DNA from: Fidelibacterota bacterium
GTDB lineage: Bacteria; Fidelibacterota; Marinisomatia; Marinisomatales; TCS56
Length of the DNA stretch: 32,389 bases
NCBI GenBank assembly: GCA_013203015.1
Contig: JABMPO010000052.1
Span: forward strand, 1 to 32,389
Reading direction: 5' to 3'
How positions within the stretch are numbered: the stretch's first letter is position 1; every line of letters begins with the position of its first letter. A program made the position numbers and the translations under genes. Shown here piece after piece: positions 18,510-28,113 of the stretch. The notes beneath the pieces are model-generated. The model was given only the letters and a program-made list of their open reading frames with translations, searched no databases and was not told the DNA's origin.

Positions 18510-18553
18510 CTGGCTTTTTTGGTCAAGAACAATATAATTATCCGGAGATAAAA

Positions 18554-18790
18554 ATGAGCAGAGTATGTGACGTAACGGGCAATAAGCCTATGTATGGTAA
18601 TAATGTCAGCCATGCTCACAACAAGTCACGCCGTCGGTTTAATATAAACCTGAAGAAAAAAAGGTTTTGGTTGCCAGACGAAAAACGATTTATCAGTTTA
18701 ACGGTTTCCACTCAGGGATTACGTCTGATTGATAAAAAAGGTATTCGTAGGGTAGTGACTGAATTGCGTGCCAAAGGAATGAAAATTTAG
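18554..18790 (+). CDS. rpmB: 50S ribosomal protein L28
   Basis: [33 protein letters not shown] is the canonical L28 N-terminus. ATG at 18554 has a GGAGA Shine-Dalgarno at 18544-18548. The track's 34-aa upstream extension is rejected. Confidence 0.95.
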   Translation: MSRVCDVTGNKPMYGNNVSHAHNKSRRRFNINLKKKRFWLPDEKRFISLTVSTQGLRLIDKKGIRRVVTELRAKGMKI

Positions 18791-18815
18791 TATTTATTTC
18801 ATTTTGTAATAATTA

Positions 18816-18843
18816 ATGCCTGGTAGCGCCAGGCATTTTTTTT
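18816..18843 (+). terminator. intrinsic terminator after rpmB
   Basis: ATGCCTGG, loop TAGCG, CCAGGCAT, followed by TTTTTTT. Confidence 0.85.
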
Positions 18844-18874
18844 AGCTATTAGTGCTGTGCTATAGTTTAATATT

Positions 18875-18907
18875 CGAGGGCAGCCAAGCAAGAAATCACT
18901 GCCCTCG
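18875..18907 (-). terminator. stem-loop downstream of ftsZ (possible terminator, no clean T-tract)
   Basis: A 9-bp GC-rich stem CGAGGGCAG / CTGCCCTCG with a 15-nt loop, 20 nt after the ftsZ stop. On the - strand it is followed by AATATTAAAC rather than a U-run. Confidence 0.4.
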
Positions 18908-18927
18908 ATTGCATCCATGCCTATATT

Positions 18928-20124
18928 TTATTTGTGCTGTTGTCGCACAAAAGCCGGAATTTCCAGATCATTGTCAAATAATGTCGGATTCGCATCATCA
19001 AACACGAATTTTGGCTTGTTTTCAGGAATTATCGTTGCCGCTTCCGGTATATCATTTTTCTGATTTATCAGGGGTACATTAAATTGCTCGGCATAGACCG
19101 GACCAGGCGTTTTGAATCGTTGCTCCTGATTTTCCCGGACTGACTTGCCTTCATCAACGTAGTTCGGATGTAAAAATCCGGTGGCGATAACAGTTACCCG
19201 GATTTCCTCGGCCATTGCCGGATCAATTACTGCACCAAAAATAATATTAGCATCCTGTCCGGCTTCTTCAAAGATTATTGAAGTGGCTTCATCAACTTCA
19301 ATCAATGTAAGGTCAGGTCCGCCGGTGATGTTTACCAGCACGCCTTGAGCTCCGCTGATTTGGGCGCTGTCCAACAGGGGGCTGGATATGGCTTGCTGTG
19401 CTGCCAATACTGCTCTTTCTTCACCGCTGGCAATACCAGTTCCCATAATTGCTTCGCCCATATTTTTCATGATCGTCTCAACATCGGCAAAATCAAGATT
19501 TATTAAGCCGTGAACATTGATCAAATCCGATATTCCCTTAACAGCTTGATGCAGGGTTGCATCAGCCGTCTTGAAAGCTTCCATTACGGTCGTTGATTTA
19601 TCAACCACTGACATCAATTTTTGGTTGGGAATTGCAATCGTTGTATCGCAGGCTTTACGCAATTCCACCAGACCGTTTATACCGCGGTTCATTCTTTTGG
19701 GGCCTTCGAAATTGAATGGCAAAGTCACAATTCCGACTGTTAAAATTCCTAACTCACGGGCCAGTTGGGCAATGACCGGAGCAGCTCCGGTACCGGTACC
19801 GCCACCCATGCCAGCTGTGATAAATACCATATCCACTTCTTCCAGCATTGCAGTTACGGCCTCTTTTTCAATCTCAATTGCTTCACGGCCGATCTCGGCT
19901 TTAGCTCCTGCGCCCAGGCCTTTGGTAAGGCTTTTCCCAATCTGGATTTTTATGGTCGCTGCATTGTTTTCCAGATCCTGGGCATCGGTATTTACCGCAA
20001 TAAAATCCACACCGCTCATCCCGGCCTGGATCATGCGATTGATAGCGTTTCCTCCTGCGCCACCAACGCCGATTACTTTTAGTTTTGCTTTTTGTTCGGC
20101 AAGATAATCAAACTCAAATAACAT
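18928..20124 (-). CDS. ftsZ: cell division protein FtsZ
   Basis: Tubulin signature GGGTGTGAAPVIA, N-terminus KVIGVGGAGGNAINRM, and the conserved C-terminal peptide DLEIPAFVRQQ. GAAGGAG Shine-Dalgarno upstream. Confidence 0.98.
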   Translation of the reverse strand: MLFEFDYLAEQKAKLKVIGVGGAGGNAINRMIQAGMSGVDFIAVNTDAQDLENNAATIKIQIGKSLTKGLGAGAKAEIGREAIEIEKEAVTAMLEEVDMVFITAGMGGGTGTGAAPVIAQLARELGILTVGIVTLPFNFEGPKRMNRGINGLVELRKACDTTIAIPNQKLMSVVDKSTTVMEAFKTADATLHQAVKGISDLINVHGLINLDFADVETIMKNMGEAIMGTGIASGEERAVLAAQQAISSPLLDSAQISGAQGVLVNITGGPDLTLIEVDEATSIIFEEAGQDANIIFGAVIDPAMAEEIRVTVIATGFLHPNYVDEGKSVRENQEQRFKTPGPVYAEQFNVPLINQKNDIPEAATIIPENKPKFVFDDANPTLFDNDLEIPAFVRQQHK

Positions 20125-20163
20125 GGATGCACTCCTTCAGTTTAGTCATTCTGTCAATAATTC

Positions 20164-21435
20164 TTAAAAAAATTCTTTAAACCATTTCTTTATTTTTGAA
20201 ATTGCCAATGTCAGTGGCTTATCCGGTAAGTAACCACTATGAAATTCATCTTTACGAGTTGTCCATTGTGTGAGGCCCAGAACATTTGCGAAAACGGGGC
20301 TGGAAGCAACATCTACTACTCCACTGATCCCTTTGGGGCAACCAACTCGTACCGGCTCCTGAAAAACTTCGCTGGCCAAGGAAGTAATATTTTTAAGCAG
20401 TGCGCCTCCTCCGGTTAAAACAATACCGAAGGTGAGACGTTCACGAATATCAGCCCGGGCGATTTCACGGGCTATCATCTGGAATATTTCTACCATTCGG
20501 GCTTCAACATAGCGCGATAATTCATGTTCGGAAACTTTGCGAACGATCTCACCTTCTTTGGCAGCTAATTCAAAATCCAATTCGGTAGATGCCATCCCAG
20601 CTTTAGCAGAAGCATATTTCACTTTTATTTTTTCAGCTTCTTCAACATTGATTTGCAGCATCATTGCAATATCGTTGGTAATACTATTTGCTCCCAAACC
20701 AATGACAGCAGAATGACGTATTCCACCTTCGTGATACACCGTTAAATCGATAGTACCTGCGCCAATATCAACCAGAGCAACTCCCAGTTCCTTTTCATCC
20801 TGCGAAAGTACTGGCAGGGAAGCTGACAATGCCTGAAAAACCAGAGCGTCAATTTCAATACCGAGCTCTTCCGCGCATTTTGTGATGTTTTTTGCAGCCG
20901 TAGTGGCAACTGTAACCAGATGAATACGAGCTTCGAGTCGGCGCCCCGACATCCCAACCGGATCCTTGATATTGCCCATTGTATCGATTATATATTCCTG
21001 CGGTAGAACGTGCAAAATATCACGATCCATCGGCAGGGAAATCGCTTTGGATAATTCCAATACCCGCTGCACGTCCTGAGCCGAGATTTCATGCTCAACG
21101 GGAATATTCTGGCTACTGCTTTTATGAACAGCGATGGCTCCCTGGGTATTAATTCCGCGGATATGCTCGCCTGAAATGCTCATAACCGCCCGTTCAACCT
21201 TAACATTGGCCATCAATTCAGCTTCTTTTAACGCTTCATCAAGGGCTGTGATGGTTTTATCAATATGAATCAGGCTGCCTGTGCGCATACCACTATGAGG
21301 TTTTGTACCAAGACCCAGTAATTTAACTGTTCCGTTTTCCGGGTTTGACTCTACGATAGCGCACCGGACGTGCGAGGAACCAATATCGATTCCTACCTGT
21401 ACATTTTTATCTTGCCCGCGATTTAAAGGGCTCAT
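20164..21435 (-). CDS. ftsA: cell division protein FtsA
   Basis: Actin-like ATPase motifs (VGIDIGSSHVRC, DIGAGTIDL, VLTGGGA). The ATG at 21435 forms an ATGA overlap with the ftsQ stop. The track's GTG at 21441 is an alternative. Confidence 0.96.
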   Translation of the reverse strand: MSPLNRGQDKNVQVGIDIGSSHVRCAIVESNPENGTVKLLGLGTKPHSGMRTGSLIHIDKTITALDEALKEAELMANVKVERAVMSISGEHIRGINTQGAIAVHKSSSQNIPVEHEISAQDVQRVLELSKAISLPMDRDILHVLPQEYIIDTMGNIKDPVGMSGRRLEARIHLVTVATTAAKNITKCAEELGIEIDALVFQALSASLPVLSQDEKELGVALVDIGAGTIDLTVYHEGGIRHSAVIGLGANSITNDIAMMLQINVEEAEKIKVKYASAKAGMASTELDFELAAKEGEIVRKVSEHELSRYVEARMVEIFQMIAREIARADIRERLTFGIVLTGGGALLKNITSLASEVFQEPVRVGCPKGISGVVDVASSPVFANVLGLTQWTTRKDEFHSGYLPDKPLTLAISKIKKWFKEFF

Positions 21436-22193
21436 GACCACTCCCGTGCAATAATTTGTTTCGCATAGCGCAAATCAAGGTATGCGAAATCAGTTAGTGT
21501 TTTTTTACCCTGCAAGGCTGAATTGAAAGCCATTAAAGTAATTATTCTTTTAATAAGTGCTGAATTTCCCAAATTGATCAAAGTGGGGTTGTTGGTTAAA
21601 ATAAGTGTGAATTCGTCATCCTGGTTCAGGGTGATTTCCGATAATTCATCATACAGACCCGGATAGAATCGGCGAATTTTCATCAATAATTCAACCGTTT
21701 CTTTTACCCGCACGGATAAAACGCGGGCACCAATTGGATATAGACCTACATCAGGATTGAATCCGGATAAGGTTGGAATCTGGAATTCATATTGCTGTGG
21801 GACTGGCAATACAATCCCATCTTTATCCAACAAAACCAATTGTTTATTATTTACCATTGCAATCGGCTTGCGTTCAATAACTTCCAGATGCAAGCGGTGT
21901 GGAAATCGACGGCTGAGACGTGCTCCGGCTATATAGGGATGTTGTTCAATTCTAGTTTGTAGCTTGGTAAGATTAATATCTAAAAGGCGAGCGTCATCCG
22001 GCATATCTCCAATGATTGCCAGTAATTCAGGCTTGGGCACAATCTGATTGCCATAAATATTTATTTTATTCAATTTGAATAAATCTGTTTTTCCCGCCCA
22101 TACAAATCCACCCCAGCACAGCAATACAAAAACAGCAATCAGGGCCGACGGCAACAAATATGTCATAAAATTTTCCCTTGACCGCTTCTTCAT
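21432..22193 (-). CDS. ftsQ: cell division protein FtsQ
   Basis: A single N-terminal TM segment followed by a POTRA-like region (INIYGNQIVPKPELL). Positioned between murB and ftsA. Confidence 0.88.
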   Translation of the reverse strand: MKKRSRENFMTYLLPSALIAVFVLLCWGGFVWAGKTDLFKLNKINIYGNQIVPKPELLAIIGDMPDDARLLDINLTKLQTRIEQHPYIAGARLSRRFPHRLHLEVIERKPIAMVNNKQLVLLDKDGIVLPVPQQYEFQIPTLSGFNPDVGLYPIGARVLSVRVKETVELLMKIRRFYPGLYDELSEITLNQDDEFTLILTNNPTLINLGNSALIKRIITLMAFNSALQGKKTLTDFAYLDLRYAKQIIAREWS

Positions 22194-23107
22194 GGAATAA
22201 TCCTTTCAGCGAAGCCCAGGGTCTTAATTTCAAGTTCCAATTCGATTCCGAATTGTTTTTTTACTTTGTGATAGGCCAGATTTATCAATGCAATAATATC
22301 ACTTGCAGTGGCATTGCCGGTGTTGACAATAAAATTGGCATGTTTTGTAGAAATCTCCGCACCGCCGGATTTAGACCCTTTCAGACCGCATTGATCAATC
22401 AGATAACCGGCTGCCAGATCCGAGCGTGGGTTTTTGAATACACTACCGGCTGATCGTTTATCAATTGGCTGACTGGCTATCCTTTTATCATTTGCCAGGT
22501 CGCAATGATCTTTTATCTGGTCGGGATCACCATACGCGAGTTCAAATCTGGCCCGGGTTATTATTTGACCGTTTGTTATGCTTGACCGGCGGTAGCTGAA
22601 ATCAATTTCGGCTGCTGATAGCGATTTAATCAGGCCAGTTTCGTCGATTACCTCAACCTCAACCAGGAAGTTGGAAATCTCAGTTCCAAAGGCTCCGGCA
22701 TTCATTTTTATTGCACCACCAACTGTGCCGGGTACTCCTGCCAGACTTTCCAAACCGGTTAGATTATTATGTAAGCTTTCGCGAACTAATCGCCTGAGGC
22801 TCAAACCGGTTTCAGCAATGATCTTCCCAGCACTGATTTCCAATGATTTGAAAGATTTGGCCAGCGAAATAATCAGTCCGGCATAACCCTGATCGCTAAC
22901 TAACAAGTTTGTTCCATGGCCAATAATGAAATATTGCTGATTTGTTTTTCCACAGAATTCCAGTACCTGCAGCAAATCTTTTCGGTTAGCAGGATTGACA
23001 TAGAATTGCGCCGGTCCGCCCACACCGTAGGTCGTGTGGCGGGCCAATGGTTCATTAGTCAATACAGGATTGGCAACCAGGTTTTGAATATCGGACAGCA
23101 GGTTCAC
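22190..23107 (-). CDS. murB: UDP-N-acetylenolpyruvoylglucosamine reductase
   Basis: Motifs NEPLARHTTYGVGGPA, GHGTNLLV and RSAGSVFKNP. I prefer GTG at 23107, which has GGAG 9 nt upstream and lies 4 nt after the murC stop, giving 17 aa before NEPL. The track's GTG at 23149 would overlap murC by 38 nt. Confidence 0.93.
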   Translation of the reverse strand: MNLLSDIQNLVANPVLTNEPLARHTTYGVGGPAQFYVNPANRKDLLQVLEFCGKTNQQYFIIGHGTNLLVSDQGYAGLIISLAKSFKSLEISAGKIIAETGLSLRRLVRESLHNNLTGLESLAGVPGTVGGAIKMNAGAFGTEISNFLVEVEVIDETGLIKSLSAAEIDFSYRRSSITNGQIITRARFELAYGDPDQIKDHCDLANDKRIASQPIDKRSAGSVFKNPRSDLAAGYLIDQCGLKGSKSGGAEISTKHANFIVNTGNATASDIIALINLAYHKVKKQFGIELELEIKTLGFAERIIP

Positions 23108-23111
23108 TTGA

Positions 23112-24491
23112 TTATTCTCCAAGCTCCAGTGCTTGATACAATTTGTCACTATAGCGCCAGATATTGCCGGCTCCGATTGTAATCACCATATCTCCGGCAG
23201 TTATTATATCTCCGATATTTTGGAATAAATCATCCAATTCCGGGAAATAATAAACTTGCTCGTGACCTAAATCCCGGGCGGACTGCATCACCAGTTCTCC
23301 GGTAATTCCGGGAATTGGCTGTTCGCGAGCCGGAAATACATCACTGACAATCAAAACATCCGCTTCCAGAAATGCAGCGGCAAATTCGCGGTGAAAGTCT
23401 CTCGTTCTGGTAAATAAATGGGGTTGAAAAACCGCCACGATACGCCGATCCCAACCACTTCGCGCCGCTTGCAGGGTGGCCGCCACTTCGGTGGGGTGGT
23501 GGGCATAGTCATCGACCACCATGATATTGCGGGCAATCCCTTTAATTTCGAAACGACGTCTGACACCGGTATAGGACTCAATACCGGTTTTTATTGTTGA
23601 AAAAGGCAGATTCATTTCGATACCCAGCGCCACTGCTGCCAAGGCATTTAAAACATTATGTTCACCGGGTGAATTCAGATTTATTTCTCCCAGCGATTCT
23701 TGCTTATGGATAACCGTGAATCTGGTCTGGTTCCCGCTATAGCTGATATTTTCGGCCCGGAAAGCCGCCTGATTAGAAAGACCATAGGTTATGACCGGCC
23801 GCTTTATATTTGCTAGAATCCCCTGAAGCCCTGGCGAATCCAGGCAGGTAATCACGATTCCGTAAAACGGCACCGAATTGCAGAATTGAGTAAAAGCCGC
23901 CTGCAGGTCTGGCAAATCCTGATAACAATCTGTGTGCTCCAATTCAATATTCGTAACAATGGCAATTGTGGGTCGTAAAACCAGAAAACTACGATCAAAT
24001 TCATCAGCTTCCACCACAATCAGATTTCCCGATCCCAGTTTCGAATTAGTATCCAGATTTTTCACCAGACCACCCACCACCAAGGTGGGATCAAGTTTAG
24101 CTGTGGATAAAACTGCGCCGATCATGGAAGTTGTGGAGGTTTTTCCATGGGTTCCACTGACACCAATACTCAAATCTTTTACAGCTATCAGTTCACCCAA
24201 CATTTCGGCCCGTTTGATAATCGGGATTCCCCGTTCCCGGGCGGCAATCAACTCCGGATTATCCTCCTGCACAGCACTTGAATAAACCAGAACGTCACAA
24301 TTCTGCACATTTTCCGCTTTATGACCGGTCTGAATCTCGGCTCCAAGATTTTTTAACCGGTCGATTAGCTCGGAATCGCTCAGGTCTGATCCACTGATTT
24401 CAAATCCCTGGTTTAATAACAGTTCGGCAATACCGCTCATTCCGATGCCACCGATACCGACAAAATGGATATTTTTAACTTTTCGAAACAT
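23112..24491 (-). CDS. murC: UDP-N-acetylmuramate--L-alanine ligase
   Basis: Motifs IHFVGIGGIGMSGIAELL and the P-loop GTHGKTSTTSM. Confidence 0.97.
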   Translation of the reverse strand: MFRKVKNIHFVGIGGIGMSGIAELLLNQGFEISGSDLSDSELIDRLKNLGAEIQTGHKAENVQNCDVLVYSSAVQEDNPELIAARERGIPIIKRAEMLGELIAVKDLSIGVSGTHGKTSTTSMIGAVLSTAKLDPTLVVGGLVKNLDTNSKLGSGNLIVVEADEFDRSFLVLRPTIAIVTNIELEHTDCYQDLPDLQAAFTQFCNSVPFYGIVITCLDSPGLQGILANIKRPVITYGLSNQAAFRAENISYSGNQTRFTVIHKQESLGEINLNSPGEHNVLNALAAVALGIEMNLPFSTIKTGIESYTGVRRRFEIKGIARNIMVVDDYAHHPTEVAATLQAARSGWDRRIVAVFQPHLFTRTRDFHREFAAAFLEADVLIVSDVFPAREQPIPGITGELVMQSARDLGHEQVYYFPELDDLFQNIGDIITAGDMVITIGAGNIWRYSDKLYQALELGE

Positions 24492-25610
24492 TCAAGCCTG
24501 AGCCATTTTGGAAATAAGGTTGACAATTTTTTCTGTTGCATCCGGTTTTGCCAGCTTCGCGGCTTGACCGGACATCTCTTTTAGTAACTGATTGTCTGAG
24601 GTTAGTTTGAGCAAAAGTGCGGTCAAGGATTCGCCGGTCAGGTTGCTCTCAGACAGGACTTTTGCTGCGCCTTTATCAGCCATTGTTTGGGCGTTCCACA
24701 TTTGATGGTTAGCAGCCGCCGATGGCAGCGGAATCAGAATCGCCGGTTTTCCACACAGGGCCAGCTCCGCTAATGTCAAAGCTCCTGCACGGCAGACTAC
24801 AATCTGCGATAAAGCGTAGGCGGCTGGCATTTCATCGATGAAAGGGACAACCCGGATTGTAGCACTGTTAAAATGATCAAAGTGGTTATACTGGGTGGGG
24901 CCAGTTTGCCAGATCAACTGGATGCCAGCGGTATTCAAGGCAGGAATTAGTATAGCGATAACTTTATTAATCGCTGCCGATCCCTGGCTGCCACCGAAAA
25001 CCAGTATTGTTGTTCGCTTTTCTGCTAGCTTAAAAAATTGTGCGCCATCAGCAGCCGAACCGGTTTCAATATCTTTGCGAACCGGATTTCCGGTTATAAA
25101 AATTGAATCTGATTCAAGATACTTTTTGGCTTCCGGAAATGCCAGACAAACAGCATCAACCTTACTGGCCATTTTACGAGTTACCAGACCGGGATAAGAA
25201 TTTTGCTCCTGAATCAAGGTTGGTATTTTAGACTTAACCGCCGCCAGCAAAGGTAATCCACTGGCATAACCGCCAGTTCCAACAACAATATCCGGATCTA
25301 ATTGCTTGATTATTGATTTTGCTTTCAGGTAGGCAACAATCAATCGACCGGGAAATAGCAGATTGCGTCCGATACTCCGTCCATCCAAACCGCGCTGGAA
25401 TCCACGTATTGGCAACAGCGAATGTGGCAGTTTTCGTTGCGGTAGGGTAGTGGCTTCAATCCCAAATTTCGATCCCACAAAATGTACCGTAGCATTTGGC
25501 ATTTCGGACATGATAGTCTCACCAATTGCCAGGGCTGGGAACAAATGTCCGCCGGTACCACCGCCGGCAATTAATACTTTGATTCCGCGCGGGTTACTCA
25601 CGCGAACCAC
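24492..25610 (-). CDS. murG: UDP-GlcNAc:lipid I N-acetylglucosaminyltransferase
   Basis: Motif LIAGGGTGGHLFPALA. The start is GTG at 25610, or GTG at 25601 as a GTGA overlap with the ftsW stop. Confidence 0.96.
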   Translation of the reverse strand: MVRVSNPRGIKVLIAGGGTGGHLFPALAIGETIMSEMPNATVHFVGSKFGIEATTLPQRKLPHSLLPIRGFQRGLDGRSIGRNLLFPGRLIVAYLKAKSIIKQLDPDIVVGTGGYASGLPLLAAVKSKIPTLIQEQNSYPGLVTRKMASKVDAVCLAFPEAKKYLESDSIFITGNPVRKDIETGSAADGAQFFKLAEKRTTILVFGGSQGSAAINKVIAILIPALNTAGIQLIWQTGPTQYNHFDHFNSATIRVVPFIDEMPAAYALSQIVVCRAGALTLAELALCGKPAILIPLPSAAANHQMWNAQTMADKGAAKVLSESNLTGESLTALLLKLTSDNQLLKEMSGQAAKLAKPDATEKIVNLISKMAQA

Positions 25611-26734
25611 CTTTGAGCACGTTTTGAAGGGCGGTTTTTCTGGCTGATATTCAATAGAATCCCGATACTTGCCAGATTGAGTACCAGTCCTGAACCACCG
25701 TAGCTAATTAACGGCATTGGTAGACCGGTAGTTGGCAGCAGGGCTGTAACCACACCGGTATTCACAAAAGCATACAGGATGAAACTGAAAGCAATTCCCA
25801 GGGCCAGCAGTATTCCAAACGGATCGCTGGCATCCTTGGCTATTTTTATTCCTCGCTGAAACACAAACAAGAAAAGAGTGAGCACAATGATTGCTCCCAC
25901 AAAGCCGGTTTCCTCGCCGATGATGGAAAAAATAAAATCGGTGTGTGGCGTCGGCAGGAAAAGATTTTTTTCCATGCTGTTACCAAGTCCCAAGCCGAAC
26001 AATCCGCCGTTACCAAGGCTGATCAGGCTTTGAGTCGCCTGATAACTGGCGCCGCCGGTATCGGCAGATGGATTAAAAAAGGAAAGAATTCTGGCGCGAC
26101 GGTAAGGTTCCATCAACATTACCGGTACCAGTATTGTGATGGCGGACGTGATGGTAATTGTAATATGGGGCAGCTTGGCACCGCCCAGGAAAAGAATGGT
26201 AAAACCGATTAACCCAATTATCGCCGCAGTACTGAAGTCCGGTTGGATTATTATCAGTCCCAGAACGATAGCCAATATGACAATCGCCGGTAAAAAGCCG
26301 AAATAGAAATCGTGCAATTGTTGCCGTTTCTTAACCACATAAGCGGTCAAATAGATAATTATTGCCAGTCGTGCAATATCAGAGGTCTGTAGAGTAAGTA
26401 CACCCAGGTGGATCCACCTGGCCGGGCTGGAATTGCCCTGCAACAAATAGGCAAGTTTGGTGAATACCAGTAGAATAATTGCCCCGATCATTATGTAATT
26501 AGCCCAATCTTTGAGCTTACGATAATCAAACCGCATAAATCCGTACATGACCAACAGTCCAATGGCCAAACGCAGCACTTGCTTCTGTAAAAAATAACTG
26601 CCTTTGTCGTATTGATTATAAGCCCAGATGGAACTGGCACTGTAAAGCATGACGGTCCCGATGATCGCCAGCAACAAAACGCAGGTGATCAGAAAACGAT
26701 CATAATTTTTCCAGATTTGATTGAAAACATTCAT
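25598..26734 (-). CDS. ftsW: SEDS-family peptidoglycan polymerase FtsW
   Basis: About 10 TM segments and the SEDS motif PTTGLPMPLISYGGSG. dcw context between murD and murG, with an ATGA overlap with the murD stop. Confidence 0.95.
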   Translation of the reverse strand: MNVFNQIWKNYDRFLITCVLLLAIIGTVMLYSASSIWAYNQYDKGSYFLQKQVLRLAIGLLVMYGFMRFDYRKLKDWANYIMIGAIILLVFTKLAYLLQGNSSPARWIHLGVLTLQTSDIARLAIIIYLTAYVVKKRQQLHDFYFGFLPAIVILAIVLGLIIIQPDFSTAAIIGLIGFTILFLGGAKLPHITITITSAITILVPVMLMEPYRRARILSFFNPSADTGGASYQATQSLISLGNGGLFGLGLGNSMEKNLFLPTPHTDFIFSIIGEETGFVGAIIVLTLFLFVFQRGIKIAKDASDPFGILLALGIAFSFILYAFVNTGVVTALLPTTGLPMPLISYGGSGLVLNLASIGILLNISQKNRPSKRAQRWFA

Positions 26735-28113
26735 CAGTCGTTAACCAGCTCCATTACAATTTCACGGAATTGATCGCCACGATCCTCGAAATCGCGAAAT
26801 TGATCAAAACTAGCGCAGCCTGGGGACAGAAGAACAACATCCCCAGACTCGGCGCTTTCCCGCGTGATCTTAACCGCATCCCTGAGACCCTCAACAGCTA
26901 TTGGTCTCGCCGCATCCCTGAGAGCGGCAGAGATCTTTGGGCGGGCCTGGCCAATTGCGATAATCAGTTTGACTTTGTCAGCGAAATATGGAATCAATTC
27001 GGCAAAATCACCGCCTTTATCCTTTCCTCCGAGAATCAGAATGATTGGGCCAGGGTAACTCTGTAGTGCGACTTTTACAGCATCTAGATTGGTCGCTTTG
27101 GAATCATTTACATAGGTGATACCGTTAACCACGGCCACTTCTTCCAGACGATGGGGTACACCCCTGAAAGTGTGCATGACCGTGGCTATTGTTTCGTCAG
27201 GTATCCCGATCAGATGGGCCGCCGTGGCCGCTGCCAGAAGATTGGCAGAGTTGTGGGGGCCAGGCAAGGCGACCGCATCCAAGGGAATGAGCGTGGCGTG
27301 CTCAAAATTGTAAATTTTATTGTTATTAATAAAATAAGTTGTTTCTGCATAAGGTTTAATGCTGAATGGCACCAACCAGGCTTTATCAGATTTCAATTTT
27401 TCGTCTAATATCTTATCGTCAAGATTGAATACTATATAATCTTCCAAATCAAGATTGGCAGTCATTTTTAATTTGGCTGTGATATATTCGCTCATGGATG
27501 GATAGCGATCCAAATGATCGGGCGAAATATTTAAAAAAACCGCTATTCGGGGCTTAAAATGAAGAATGAATTCCATTTGGAAACTGGAGATTTCCAGGAT
27601 AAAGACCCGGGCAGGGTCTGGATTAATTATATCAGCCAGAACTTTTTTCGCGAAGGGAACACCCATGTTACCTGCCAAAACACCGTGAATTGTCTCTGAT
27701 TGGCACATCTCGGTCAGGGCGTGGACAGTAGTGGTTTTTCCATTTGATCCGGTCACGGCAATGATGGGAGCTTCAGTAAACCAACTGGCAAATTCAATCT
27801 CACTGACAATTGGGATATGGCGGTCTAAGGCGGATTTCACCAAAGTCGAATCCTCAGCAATTCCCGGAGAAAGCACCCACAGATCGGTGGCAAAAATTTG
27901 GTCGCTGTGTCCGCCAATCTCACCATTGATACCGCTGTCTTGCAGTTTATGCAGGTTGGAACGGGTGACCGGATTATCAGTATTGTCACTGACAAATACT
28001 CGTGCACCGAGCTGCTGTGCCAGGTAAGCCGCGGCCATCCCACTGCGGCTCATGCCGATCACAGTGATATTCTGATCGCGAATGTTTATTTTATATCTTT
28101 GATCGATCTGCAT
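26734..28113 (-). CDS. murD: UDP-N-acetylmuramoylalanine--D-glutamate ligase
   Basis: Motifs ITVIGMSRSGMAAA and the P-loop VTGSNGKTTT. dcw position. Confidence 0.96.
   Translation of the reverse strand: MQIDQRYKINIRDQNITVIGMSRSGMAAAYLAQQLGARVFVSDNTDNPVTRSNLHKLQDSGINGEIGGHSDQIFATDLWVLSPGIAEDSTLVKSALDRHIPIVSEIEFASWFTEAPIIAVTGSNGKTTTVHALTEMCQSETIHGVLAGNMGVPFAKKVLADIINPDPARVFILEISSFQMEFILHFKPRIAVFLNISPDHLDRYPSMSEYITAKLKMTANLDLEDYIVFNLDDKILDEKLKSDKAWLVPFSIKPYAETTYFINNNKIYNFEHATLIPLDAVALPGPHNSANLLAAATAAHLIGIPDETIATVMHTFRGVPHRLEEVAVVNGITYVNDSKATNLDAVKVALQSYPGPIILILGGKDKGGDFAELIPYFADKVKLIIAIGQARPKISAALRDAARPIAVEGLRDAVKITRESAESGDVVLLSPGCASFDQFRDFEDRGDQFREIVMELVND

Noticed and set aside
18533-18538. 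A perfect TATAAT hexamer 15 nt upstream of the rpmB ATG.
   Set aside because: There is no acceptable -35 at 16-18 nt and no extended -10 TG. A transcript starting about 7 nt downstream would begin inside or at the Shine-Dalgarno (GGAGA at 18544-18548). The TTTG-N19-TAAATTTG element further upstream is the better promoter candidate.
18852-19082. A 76-aa + strand ORF spanning the rpmB-ftsZ intergenic hairpin and the 3' end of ftsZ. A similar 80-aa out-of-frame ORF lies at 11212-11454 over ndk.
   Set aside because: Neither has a ribosome-binding site, both overlap confidently called genes, and their composition is unremarkable.
19571-20107. A 178-aa ORF on the + strand, antisense to ftsZ. Similar long antisense ORFs occur at 12560-12997 (sucC), 11678-12092 (sucD), 14560-14961 (COG2403 gene), 7008-7376 (fabH), 30061-30450 (murF) and 23932-24285 (murC).
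   Set aside because: Each lies entirely inside a confidently identified, motif-bearing gene on the opposite strand. Their translations are low-complexity (P/A/S/I-rich) with no recognisable motifs and no ribosome-binding sites. This is the usual stop-codon-poor antisense frame of strongly codon-biased genes.
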